From positions 12,169 to 76,168 of the forward strand of contig CAVBGZ010000001.1 of assembly GCA_963595075.1 (NCBI GenBank): DNA of 64,000 bases, written 5' to 3'. The notes beneath the pieces are model-generated. The model saw only the letters and a list, made by a program, of their open reading frames with translations. It ran no database searches and was not told the origin of the DNA. This document shows, one piece after another, positions 10,078-19,313 of the stretch. The stretch comes from Waltera intestinalis (GTDB lineage Bacteria; Bacillota_I; Bacilli_A; Erysipelotrichales; Erysipelotrichaceae). Each line of letters opens with the position of its first letter. Within the stretch, counting starts at the first letter, position 1. The translations under genes were made by a program, and so were the position numbers.

Positions 10078-10215
10078 AACATAAATAACTTAAAAGCTGG
10101 GTAGGCTCACCCAGGTGTGAGATGCTAAGAGGCATCGTAAGACGCTTGATCCAATTGAGCGCATAATCGATGATGAGCATGAGTGAAAACATGTTATAAA
10201 TTTATATGTTTTACA
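10078..10215 (+). ncRNA. putative TnpB omega-RNA / IS right-end region
   Basis: Directly after the tnpB stop; hairpins CTGGGT-AGGCTC-ACCCAG (10097-10114), GATGC-TAAGAG-GCATC (10121-10136), GCTTGAT-CCA-ATTGAGC, terminal AAAACAT...ATGTTTT; boundaries approximate. Confidence 0.6.
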
Positions 10216-10226
10216 GAGCCGATAAT

Positions 10227-12560
10227 ATGAATGTTTTAAACGATGTTAATATAATAGAAGCTTGTCAGATTTTAACCGAATCACCATTCCAAATAGTCTC
10301 TAATGATGTTTGGGAAAATGAATTTAGTGCAATAGACAAGTTAATAAAAATTTCAAATAAAATAATTTTATTTCGTCATATTTCGATAGATCAAGATGCT
10401 AAATCTTCAGTTCTATCAATGAAGAGAATGATCGAATCAAAATATCATGGAAAACAAGTTTATATTTCTTCAGAGCATAAAGATTTCCCAGATTTAACTA
10501 AATCGGACTTGGTAATTATACTAGATGTAGGAGCAACTGAGAGATTAGCTGGTACTTATAGCGGAACTCCAACCACCGTCAGAATTGATCATCATTTAGC
10601 AGGAATGAAGTGTGATGTAACAATCGAAGACGCTCAAGCTGGTTCAACATGTGAATTATTAACAATCTTCTTTAAAGGTTATGATTATGATATTGACTTG
10701 ATGACTGGAGAACTCTTATTCAAAGGAATCATCGCAGACACTGGCAGAATGCAATATGCTTTAGGCAAAACTACTTTATTAGCATTAGGTATATTATCAG
10801 ATATGGGAGTGGATTACAAATCTATTTATTCTAAATTGTACATGAGAACACCTAGTGCAATAAAGGCTAAATCTTATATTCTGAATAATTATTTAGTTAC
10901 TCCAAATGGAATGGCTTATTTAGTAATGGATCGAAAGAAAGCTCTTGGAGCCGGAGTAGATCTAAATGATATCTCTTCTATGACGCATGAATTAGAAAAT
11001 ATCAAAGGATCTCCAATATGGATGATTGCAATTGCTAGACCTGATGGAATATTCTGCCGTTTAAGAAGTCGAGGAATCGATATTAGAGAAATCGCTATTA
11101 AATATGGCGGTGGTGGTCACGAAAATGCGTGCGGGATTAAACTTAAATCTAGATCCGATTTAGCTGCTCTTATAGATGATTGTGATTCTGCAATTGCTAA
11201 AGTAAAAAATAAAATTAGAATTACAGAAGCAGCTGAAGAACAAGAAAAACCAGACTATGAAAAGAAATATGACGAATACCTAGAACAACATATAAGTGGA
11301 GTTCAACAAGCTTACGAACATTTAAAACAAATTTATCCTGATTTGTTTGCTAATGTAGATCTTGGAATATTGGATGAACAAATTAAACATCATGATGAAT
11401 CTAAATATTCAGAAGAAGAGTATGAACCTTACGCCCTTTATTATTATGTAAGCAAGGAGAAATATTCTGGCATTTTTGATAGAGCTTGGTTGCATCATCA
11501 GAATGCAAATCCTCATCATTGGCAATATTGGATTCTACTTGACGAAGATAATCCAAATAAATTAACACCACAAGTAATGGATTTGAATTATATAATTGAA
11601 ATGATCTGTGACTGGTGGAGTTTTAGTTTTAATAAGGGAAACCTAGGAGAAATCTTAAATTATTATGAAACTAATAAAGACAAGATAGTTTTCCACCCAG
11701 AAACTAAAAAGCAAGTCGAAAACATTCTAGCAAAAATTAAGGAAGCATTAATGGCGCAGACTCAGAATATTAAAGAAGATTTTGAGCTAAAATATAAAGA
11801 AGCTAGAAAAACAAAGTATTTATTCACTGATAGTACAAAAGTGCCAGTTGGATCAGCTAGAGCATATTATAATAAACAAGAGAAAACATATGCTATTGGA
11901 TTATATGCTGGAGAGAAGATTGACGAAGCTAGTGTGAAACAGTTTGAAGATTTAATAAATTCAACAAATTATGAAAATATTTTACTAACTGCTGATACGC
12001 ACTTTGGAAATCCCGATAAAGGCTGTCCGGTTGCAGAAGTTGTAAATAAATTAAACGCTCAAACCAATGATGACACGATTATTATATTACTAGGAGATAT
12101 TTGCGATTTTGATACTCCTGAAAGAAACTTAGCAACTTTCAAAGCATTCTTAAACAATTTGAAGTGTAAAAAAGTTGGTCTAGTTCTTGGTAATAACGAA
12201 ACTTTAACAATAGATCAATATAGAAGCTTACCTTTATTAGCGGTCGGTTTAAAGTTTGAAACTCCTGAATTTTTATTCACTCATGTAGCGTCTCAAAGAA
12301 CTGACAAAATAAATATTCATGGGCACACTCACGGAACGATGCATCTCTACAAAGCATCTCCAAAACGAAAAATAGATATTGGTTATGCATTGAACACAAA
12401 TAATCAATTAAAGAAGCGAGATATTTACTCTTTAGCAGATGCCATTTCATACATTCCTTATTATGAAAAGAATGCAAAAAAAGAAAACAAAATGATGATC
12501 GTTAGATATGTTGTTAGAGAATCTAATGAACCTGATTTTGAAGTAGAAATTCTTGAATAA
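10227..12560 (+). CDS. three-domain phosphoesterase: DHH/DHHA1 + DUF5662-type HD-like + calcineurin-like metallophosphoesterase
   Basis: RHISIDQDA, LDVG, RIDHH, GIIADTG, GGGGHENACG; HDESKY..AWLHHQNANPHHWQYW..EMICDW; TADTHFG, LGDI, LGNNE, NIHGHTH; start could be 10206 or 10227. Confidence 0.85.
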   Translation: MNVLNDVNIIEACQILTESPFQIVSNDVWENEFSAIDKLIKISNKIILFRHISIDQDAKSSVLSMKRMIESKYHGKQVYISSEHKDFPDLTKSDLVIILDVGATERLAGTYSGTPTTVRIDHHLAGMKCDVTIEDAQAGSTCELLTIFFKGYDYDIDLMTGELLFKGIIADTGRMQYALGKTTLLALGILSDMGVDYKSIYSKLYMRTPSAIKAKSYILNNYLVTPNGMAYLVMDRKKALGAGVDLNDISSMTHELENIKGSPIWMIAIARPDGIFCRLRSRGIDIREIAIKYGGGGHENACGIKLKSRSDLAALIDDCDSAIAKVKNKIRITEAAEEQEKPDYEKKYDEYLEQHISGVQQAYEHLKQIYPDLFANVDLGILDEQIKHHDESKYSEEEYEPYALYYYVSKEKYSGIFDRAWLHHQNANPHHWQYWILLDEDNPNKLTPQVMDLNYIIEMICDWWSFSFNKGNLGEILNYYETNKDKIVFHPETKKQVENILAKIKEALMAQTQNIKEDFELKYKEARKTKYLFTDSTKVPVGSARAYYNKQEKTYAIGLYAGEKIDEASVKQFEDLINSTNYENILLTADTHFGNPDKGCPVAEVVNKLNAQTNDDTIIILLGDICDFDTPERNLATFKAFLNNLKCKKVGLVLGNNETLTIDQYRSLPLLAVGLKFETPEFLFTHVASQRTDKINIHGHTHGTMHLYKASPKRKIDIGYALNTNNQLKKRDIYSLADAISYIPYYEKNAKKENKMMIVRYVVRESNEPDFEVEILE

Positions 12561-12588
12561 TTTCTACAATCATATATAAAAACAAATT

Positions 12589-12620
12589 AAAGTTAGATAG
12601 CTGTTCTATCTAACTTTTTT
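12589..12620. terminator. bidirectional terminator between convergent genes
   Basis: AAAGTTAGATAG-CTGTT-CTATCTAACTTT plus T-run. Confidence 0.8.
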
Positions 12621-12627
12621 AATTTAA

Positions 12628-13302
12628 TTAAAGTGTAATTAGTTTTATATAATCTCCATCGACTTCTATTGAATAATAATCAATTGGAATAGTTCCTTTA
12701 GTCACGTCATTCACAACTATAGAGTTATTAATTCCTTTAATTGTGAAGATTATCTCTCTTCCAATTGCTTCATCGTCGTTTGCTGCAGAATATACTTCGA
12801 GATTACTATCAGCAATTCCATATTTATCCATATAATACGCTGCAATTGGTTTCATTATTTTTTTGTGAATTTGAGCCAGTTTTGTATGCTGATAGTGAGT
12901 TATCCCGCTAACTTTGTACATATATTGAGAGAAACTATTTATTGAGAATGAAACTACTTGGGTTTTATTCTGATAAAGTTTATAAATATTTTCTATCTCA
13001 CTATCGCTATATTGAGTGAAATTATCTTTGTTATAATTTTCTATTTCTTTTAGAATTAAGTTGTAAGATAAATATTTAGATTGAAGTGATTTAAATAGCG
13101 CACTAATTGAGCCACAATATGAACTTGCAATAGAATTTACTGATGATTTGTTAGCAGAATCCGCATTCAATAGATTTGAGCAATATTTATATAAGATGCA
13201 GCAGATTGCATTCTTTTCAGTTTTAGAAAATGAAGATTGTTTAAAAACTGCTTCATAAACTTTGTATTGTAATATTTTATTCACTGCGAGTACCTCTAAC
13301 AA
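12628..13302 (-). CDS. hypothetical protein (late operon)
   Basis: 224-aa ORF in overlapping gene string. Confidence 0.7.
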   Translation of the reverse strand: MLEVLAVNKILQYKVYEAVFKQSSFSKTEKNAICCILYKYCSNLLNADSANKSSVNSIASSYCGSISALFKSLQSKYLSYNLILKEIENYNKDNFTQYSDSEIENIYKLYQNKTQVVSFSINSFSQYMYKVSGITHYQHTKLAQIHKKIMKPIAAYYMDKYGIADSNLEVYSAANDDEAIGREIIFTIKGINNSIVVNDVTKGTIPIDYYSIEVDGDYIKLITL

Positions 13303-13468
13303 TCATAGATTTCATCTCTTCTATCAGCTTATTAACATTCTTATTCTCGCTGCTAGTTTTAGTGTCATATTCGTCCATAAATAATTTACACTTGTAAATA
13401 AAATCATCTAACTGTGTGTAAAAATCAGTAATATCTTCTTTTACGTCGTCGATCATGTAATCACCCAT
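13277..13468 (-). CDS. small hypothetical protein
   Basis: Fills the gap and overlaps both neighbours on the same strand. Confidence 0.55.
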   Translation of the reverse strand: MGDYMIDDVKEDITDFYTQLDDFIYKCKLFMDEYDTKTSSENKNVNKLIEEMKSMIVRGTRSE

Positions 13469-16137
13469 TCTCCAGTTATAATTTTCTCTATCATATCGTT
13501 TATAATCTCACTATCATTAACATTAGTTAAATCGAGTACTAACTTTTCACTAGTTTCATTATCGTAACGATTAATTACTTCTTTACTATTTTTTATTTTT
13601 TTGTAGTAGAAATTGTGGAATGAGACTAAATACTTACTTCTACCATTTTCATCATATTTATCGTTCTCGTAATAATTTAGCATTAGAGATTTGAAGTAAT
13701 CTTTAAAGCTCATTCTACTGTTCTGTTGCTCTTTTAAAACATTCTCAGGAACATATTCAATATCATCATAACGTCTGGTCTTTTCATAATCGTTGTAGAT
13801 ATTATCCATTTTTTGACAAGCGTAAAGATTGTCTTTCAGCTCATTGATCGTTGAATATTTCTTATAAGAAAGTAATCTAGAATAAGCATTTCCCTCATCA
13901 ACAGTTTTATCAATTGCGTACTTGTCAGAATCAGATAAAGAATACTCATTAACATATTTTAGTTCATATTCATTTCCGTCTTCTGTAAAGACGTTATCTT
14001 TTGTTACTTTAGATAAAACAATTTTGTTCAGCTCATCTTCATTGAAATTCGTTTGATTATTGATTTTAATTTTAGATTGTAAAACAAAATCATTATAGAT
14101 TCTGTTCTCATTCACCAGTAAATTATAAGCGGATGTTAAATAAGTATAATTTGCATTATAATAATTTGAAGAGAATGAAGACGTGTTGATATCTTTGATT
14201 TCCTTTTTATCTATGAAAGATTCAAACAAATTTAAGAAAGATTTCTTCTTAGCAGCAGCGATATCGGATTTGCTTAACTTAGTTCCACGATAATTATAAT
14301 AAGTATTAACAAACTTTCTGTTTAAAGGATAAACCGATTTCAAATAATCGGCAGTTAATTTGATAGGTGCATCAGCCGGAATAACCGAATCAATCTCTCT
14401 ATTATTGAGAATTTTGGCGTATTTTTTACACTCAATAATGACTCCTGGATCATACAAATATCTGTAAGTATCTGAATTTAGCAGATAAGTGCTGTAAGTT
14501 CCATCATTTTCTATTAATTCATAATTTGTTGTATAAAGAAGATCTTCTATACTTCTAGGTGTATAATAACCGGTTTTTAGCTGTTCTAGACTATTATTCT
14601 CGTTGATATAGCAGTAAAATTCATCCGTATATTTATATTTATAATAAACCGGGATTTTAAGTACATCAGAAACCTCGCAATATGCAATATTTCCTTCTGG
14701 AGTTGTTATTTCAAAGTTTCCATAAGATTCTGTGACGGAATAGATCTTGTTAAAAATTGTGAATTTGCCGTCAGATAAACTTTCATAATTAATTTTGAAA
14801 TAATAATTACCATCAGAATTAGTAAATAACTCTATCTTGTCTGTTAATTTTGAATCGGTAGAAGCTATATAACATTTATTTGCTGCTTCATCGTAAATGA
14901 ATTTGAAAGGATAGCTTGAGAGATTTTCTTCACTCACATTTCTGGCACCAATATAAGGATAAGCTTCGTATTCTTCTAATAAGTAATTATTTGAATGTTT
15001 TACTTCTACAGCCAGCTTATTTGTTCCTGCCAGTAAATACCCTTTAATTCTTTCGATATTTTTCATTGAAAAGACAGTATCAACATATTTAGTTGTTACT
15101 TCGTCTGTTGTGATTTCAGAACCTTGAGTTTCTATTAGAGATTTAAATTTCTCTTCGTCTGAAATTGCAGGGTTATTTAGTTTAATTAATCCAGATAAAT
15201 CACCAATTTCTTTTTCGGTTAATCTACGATATTTAGTAAATAGCTGAACTTCGTCAATATTCTTGAAAGACAATTCTCCATCTTCATCAATTAAAATTGG
15301 CTGCATAATTGGGTAATTGTTATTCTTTAAGAAGAAATCAACGCTTCTATAATTGTTTATAGAAGTTCTTACTTCATTAACATGAGTTTCAAACATAGTT
15401 GGTGTATCATTGCCTATTACTATGTCTCCATGGGTATTTTTGTAAAGAGATCTGCCTTGGCGGTCAATATTTGTTTTAAATCTATCGTTTTCAATTAGAT
15501 ATCCAACAACATCTTTATTATTGCTTAATTTGTAAATATTTATTCCGGCTTTGTAATAAGCGTCGTTCTCATTATCGACTAAAACTAGGCTATTAAAAAT
15601 ATATTGGCTGTTATTTAATTCGATGTGATAATTGCTTCTAATGTTAGATGAAGTGATTTCTTTGTAAATATTTTCAAGATCAATATTTACATTATAGAAG
15701 TTTATTTTCTTATCCTCTTCAAATAAAATAAAAAAATACTTTGATGGTGTATAGAAAACTGTACAATCAGATGAGAAATAAGATCCATTACAGATATAAA
15801 TTGGTAATTCATCTTCCATGATATTTTTCTTGATTACATTCTTAGATGCAGATGTATTAAATTTTGTGTTCATATTTATAGAAGAACAAGAAAAATAATT
15901 ATTTAACATCTCTAGATTATTCTCTGATCCTACTTCGGTTGGTGTTAAATCTAAATCATATAAAGAATAGAAATCTCTGGTGAAACTATTACCGTCAATA
16001 TAAGAATATTTGAACCACTTAGTAGTTGGCTCTAACTCATAGGGCTGAAGAAAGCTATTTGATATGTAGGTATCTTTGAAATATTTCATAAAGATATCTA
16101 AGTTAATTTCATTTAGTCGTAGTTTTGAAAGATCCAT
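13453..16137 (-). CDS. large hypothetical protein, probable virion component
   Basis: 894 aa, Tyr/Asn-rich, preceded by late promoter motif. Confidence 0.7.
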   Translation of the reverse strand: MDLSKLRLNEINLDIFMKYFKDTYISNSFLQPYELEPTTKWFKYSYIDGNSFTRDFYSLYDLDLTPTEVGSENNLEMLNNYFSCSSINMNTKFNTSASKNVIKKNIMEDELPIYICNGSYFSSDCTVFYTPSKYFFILFEEDKKINFYNVNIDLENIYKEITSSNIRSNYHIELNNSQYIFNSLVLVDNENDAYYKAGINIYKLSNNKDVVGYLIENDRFKTNIDRQGRSLYKNTHGDIVIGNDTPTMFETHVNEVRTSINNYRSVDFFLKNNNYPIMQPILIDEDGELSFKNIDEVQLFTKYRRLTEKEIGDLSGLIKLNNPAISDEEKFKSLIETQGSEITTDEVTTKYVDTVFSMKNIERIKGYLLAGTNKLAVEVKHSNNYLLEEYEAYPYIGARNVSEENLSSYPFKFIYDEAANKCYIASTDSKLTDKIELFTNSDGNYYFKINYESLSDGKFTIFNKIYSVTESYGNFEITTPEGNIAYCEVSDVLKIPVYYKYKYTDEFYCYINENNSLEQLKTGYYTPRSIEDLLYTTNYELIENDGTYSTYLLNSDTYRYLYDPGVIIECKKYAKILNNREIDSVIPADAPIKLTADYLKSVYPLNRKFVNTYYNYRGTKLSKSDIAAAKKKSFLNLFESFIDKKEIKDINTSSFSSNYYNANYTYLTSAYNLLVNENRIYNDFVLQSKIKINNQTNFNEDELNKIVLSKVTKDNVFTEDGNEYELKYVNEYSLSDSDKYAIDKTVDEGNAYSRLLSYKKYSTINELKDNLYACQKMDNIYNDYEKTRRYDDIEYVPENVLKEQQNSRMSFKDYFKSLMLNYYENDKYDENGRSKYLVSFHNFYYKKIKNSKEVINRYDNETSEKLVLDLTNVNDSEIINDMIEKIITGEWVIT

Positions 16138-16153
16138 AAAATCACTTCCCTAA

Positions 16154-16167
16154 TATAATAAATTGTT
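16154..16167 (-). promoter_or_regulatory. phage late promoter motif
   Basis: Reverse complement AACAATTTATTATA upstream of 16137. Confidence 0.8.
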
Positions 16168-16249
16168 CAAGAGTTAATTTTTTAAGAAAAAAAAGAAGTC
16201 GAAGAATTCCTAAATACTAATTGAAAATGTTCCGAAAACAAAATAAAAA

Positions 16250-16276
16250 GAAATAACCACAAAACGTGGTTATTTC
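16250..16276 (-). terminator. intrinsic terminator
   Basis: GAAATAACCAC-AAAAC-GTGGTTATTTC with A-run on the left (T-run on minus strand). Confidence 0.75.
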
Positions 16277-16279
16277 ATC

Positions 16280-16465
16280 TTAAGCATGGTCGTTCTTTAA
16301 ACGTTCAATAAAGTCATCTACGTTAAATTTGTCAGTTTTCTTTTCTGCTGATTTAAATTCAGTTTGTGCAAGATCTCCTTTATTGAACCAACCCATTTTC
16401 TTTGGTTCTGCTTCAGTAGTCTTTTCGTCTTTTACTTCTTCGATTTTAGTTGCTTTCTTCTTCAT
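16280..16465 (-). CDS. small Lys/Glu-rich hypothetical protein
   Basis: 61-aa ORF overlapping RusA end, GAGG RBS, terminator after. Confidence 0.6.
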   Translation of the reverse strand: MKKKATKIEEVKDEKTTEAEPKKMGWFNKGDLAQTEFKSAEKKTDKFNVDDFIERLKNDHA

Positions 16466-17018
16466 TATTAGTCGCCTCGTTTAAAAAATATATTTTTGCA
16501 GTTAATTCCATTCTAGGTTCCAAACTATAAAATTTTTCAGATGTGATCCTTATAACATGTTTGTCATCTTCATAAAGTACATCGTGAAGAGAATCTAAAA
16601 CTAGCTTAATATAGTTGTCTGCATCGCCTCTATTATTAGTAGGACGCAAAGCATTACTTGCTTTTAAATATGCAGTCTTTAAAGAATCTGACTTTGGAAT
16701 GCCAACATAAAATCTCCCAGACACTTCAACATAGTAAGGATATTCATCTTTATGCTCTATTAAAGCATTTATTAGATTTGTATCATCCTCTGATCTTTGT
16801 TGTTGGAATTCTTCTTTCAGTTCTTGCATGTAACTTGCTCTTTTGTTGTAAAATCTGCCTTTACCATTCTTACCAAATCGGGTATATCTTTCACGAGCAT
16901 AAGGTTTTGGCTCACCGATTTTAACTAGTTTTATTTCTCTAACTTGGAACTTAGATTTAAATTCTTCTGAATCTTGTTGATTCTCTAACATCTTTTCTAA
17001 TTTTTCTCTATTAAACAT
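16446..17018 (-). CDS. rusA: RusA-family Holliday junction resolvase
   Basis: GEPKPYARER, RGDADNYIKLVLDSLHDVLYEDDKHV, EKFYSLEPR. Confidence 0.85.
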   Translation of the reverse strand: MFNREKLEKMLENQQDSEEFKSKFQVREIKLVKIGEPKPYARERYTRFGKNGKGRFYNKRASYMQELKEEFQQQRSEDDTNLINALIEHKDEYPYYVEVSGRFYVGIPKSDSLKTAYLKASNALRPTNNRGDADNYIKLVLDSLHDVLYEDDKHVIRITSEKFYSLEPRMELTAKIYFLNEATNNEEESN

Positions 17019-17043
17019 CTTTTAAATAAAATAAAATTTCTCC

Positions 17044-17057
17044 TATAATATATTGTT
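17044..17057 (-). promoter_or_regulatory. phage late promoter motif
   Basis: Reverse complement AACAATATATTATA. Confidence 0.75.
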
Positions 17058-17058
17058 C

Positions 17059-19311
17059 CTAAACTTTCCTCATCCAATTTATTGATTTTGGTGGTACTAA
17101 GAACTTTGAACTACTAGTTGTAGAAGCCGCTAAATAGTTTATATGGCGGCCATCGCTATCAAATCTGTTCCATAATGAATTATATGTTCCATTTAATGAA
17201 CTGTTGTTTCCATTTACTCTATTTAGCATATATCGCCAATATGTATTCAATTCTGACGCGTCATTATTCTTATAAACAGCATTGAATCCTGTAAATGAAT
17301 CCAAAAATGAAGTATAAGAAGGATTTGCTGATAAGAATGAAATACGGCGAGACATTGCTAAATAAGGATAAAGATCGTCGAGCGTAATGCTACCTGAAAT
17401 AGATCTTGGCAATCCGTCTTTAGTAAATAGCCCGTTAGGACCACCTCGAGTGTAAGACATATTTGAAACGATTCCCAAATCACATGTGAATAAACCTGGA
17501 AGATCTGCTCTTACAAAGAAAGGTGAAACATATCCATTATCGTCTGCTGCTCTTGGAAGTGTGAAACATAATAATGTACAGAATGGCACATAAACATATT
17601 TAAATATTGATAGAGGGTCTCCATATGGAGAAGTGAAATTAAAATCAAAAGTCATTGATTTGGAATATCCTCCGCCATCACTCCATAATTCTGGGTACAT
17701 AACGTGCATTCCATTGCTAGTAGCAAATTGCTGTAATTCTACACCAACATCGGTAGTAGTAACTGTTTTAGCGTAATCCATTACACCACCAGCTGCTGCT
17801 CCTAATATATACCCAGCAACAGAAAGTTTGGATCCCCATTTTTTAGCAAGTCCTATAGTATTTGTTAATTTTCCACTAACAAATTCTTTCACTTGTTGAG
17901 CAAAATTAACTCCAATAGCGGATTTCCTAGCCAATTCTTTAGCAGCACCGGCAGTTCCCATACCGGTTAAGTAATTTAGTTGTTCGTAAGTATCTGCTGC
18001 ACTATTTACTTGGCTAGCATAACTTTGTCCATAACTTGTTTTTCCATTAGAAATACTCTCAGATACAGTTCCAGTGGGATTAACAACGAATCCTATTGCA
18101 CTCATATATTTCTCCAATGGATCTGCTCCGTCATTGGTTGAAGTTTGCAAATCTTTAAAGAAAGTCATCAAATTGAATGTTTTATTGTCTTCATTAGTTG
18201 CTAATCCTAATTTAACCCAAATAGTATTCAACATAGTTTCTAGATAAGAATAAAATTTTCCATATGAAGGACTAAATGTGTAATAACGTTTATCTTTCTT
18301 CATATTAGAAGCATCTACTCCATTCTTAATCAAATAATTCATCATAGAATCATAATCAGATGTTTGCTGAAGTATATCATTTTTAGCACTTGCTGTATAA
18401 CGAGATCCGTTGTATTTTGGAAGGCCAGGAGTTAATGAAAGAATGTTCAAGTCTTTAACATATGAATCTAATAAAACTCTGTTTCTAGGATCTGCTCTAT
18501 CTGCAAACGAGAAAGGAGCACCTAGAATCATATGACCTAATAGATCGGATGACTCAGAATCAAAAGGAGTTGTTTTAAGCTGATTTACTCTATACTTAGC
18601 AGATGTATTCTCGCAACTAGAAACAAATTTACGCCATGAAGTCTCTTGTCTGTATCCATAAGCGGTTTCTGTTGCTCCATCATTATAATTTGTAAAGTTT
18701 TCAGCTAGAATACCAGCACCTCTAGAAATAACCGTTCCCAATGTTCCAAGTGTAGCAGAAGCCCAGTTATTATCATTTGATGCCCAAGTTGCCAAACCAT
18801 CAGTTAGCTGACTGGCATAATCTTTTAATATTGACGCGCCTTTGATAACTGAATTTCCAACTCCTTCAATTGTATTTCCAGCTGCAGAGAGAGCAGCATA
18901 TAGAACGTTTCCTGAGTTTGCATACTCGACCGTGCTACTATAATCAAATAAATTAGAAGAATCTTCAACAACTGAATTATCGAGAGATACAACGGCACCG
19001 GTCGTTCCGCTTGCATTCACATAAGATTGGTTAGTATAAATATTTGAAGTGAGGTCTTTATTAGAAATTGAAGCCGAAGTATTCTGATAAGCATCGATAA
19101 CTCCATTCTGAGTTTCAATATAGGCTTTTGTATTAGTTGTCGCATTATTATTCAAAACATCTTTATAGTGAATTGAATTATCGATTACGTCTTCAGACTC
19201 GGTTGCATGAGGATATAAATCGGTAACCGCATCTTTAGTACTAGAATCATCGATTTTTAGTGACTCCAATAACTTTTTTCTGGCTTCGTCTAAAGTTTCT
19301 TTATCTGCCAT
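17059..19311 (-). CDS. probable virion structural (tail/baseplate) protein
   Basis: 750 aa, Ala/Ser/Thr-rich; C-terminal PELWSD..SPYGD..SPFFVRA..DGLP segment; in late operon. Confidence 0.6.
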   Translation of the reverse strand: MADKETLDEARKKLLESLKIDDSSTKDAVTDLYPHATESEDVIDNSIHYKDVLNNNATTNTKAYIETQNGVIDAYQNTSASISNKDLTSNIYTNQSYVNASGTTGAVVSLDNSVVEDSSNLFDYSSTVEYANSGNVLYAALSAAGNTIEGVGNSVIKGASILKDYASQLTDGLATWASNDNNWASATLGTLGTVISRGAGILAENFTNYNDGATETAYGYRQETSWRKFVSSCENTSAKYRVNQLKTTPFDSESSDLLGHMILGAPFSFADRADPRNRVLLDSYVKDLNILSLTPGLPKYNGSRYTASAKNDILQQTSDYDSMMNYLIKNGVDASNMKKDKRYYTFSPSYGKFYSYLETMLNTIWVKLGLATNEDNKTFNLMTFFKDLQTSTNDGADPLEKYMSAIGFVVNPTGTVSESISNGKTSYGQSYASQVNSAADTYEQLNYLTGMGTAGAAKELARKSAIGVNFAQQVKEFVSGKLTNTIGLAKKWGSKLSVAGYILGAAAGGVMDYAKTVTTTDVGVELQQFATSNGMHVMYPELWSDGGGYSKSMTFDFNFTSPYGDPLSIFKYVYVPFCTLLCFTLPRAADDNGYVSPFFVRADLPGLFTCDLGIVSNMSYTRGGPNGLFTKDGLPRSISGSITLDDLYPYLAMSRRISFLSANPSYTSFLDSFTGFNAVYKNNDASELNTYWRYMLNRVNGNNSSLNGTYNSLWNRFDSDGRHINYLAASTTSSSKFLVPPKSINWMRKV

Positions 19312-19313
19312 GA

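Noticed and set aside
9805..10215. IStron (group I intron-IS hybrid)
   Set aside because: No intron core or interrupted host ORF; the remnant starts directly after the promoter in intergenic DNA.
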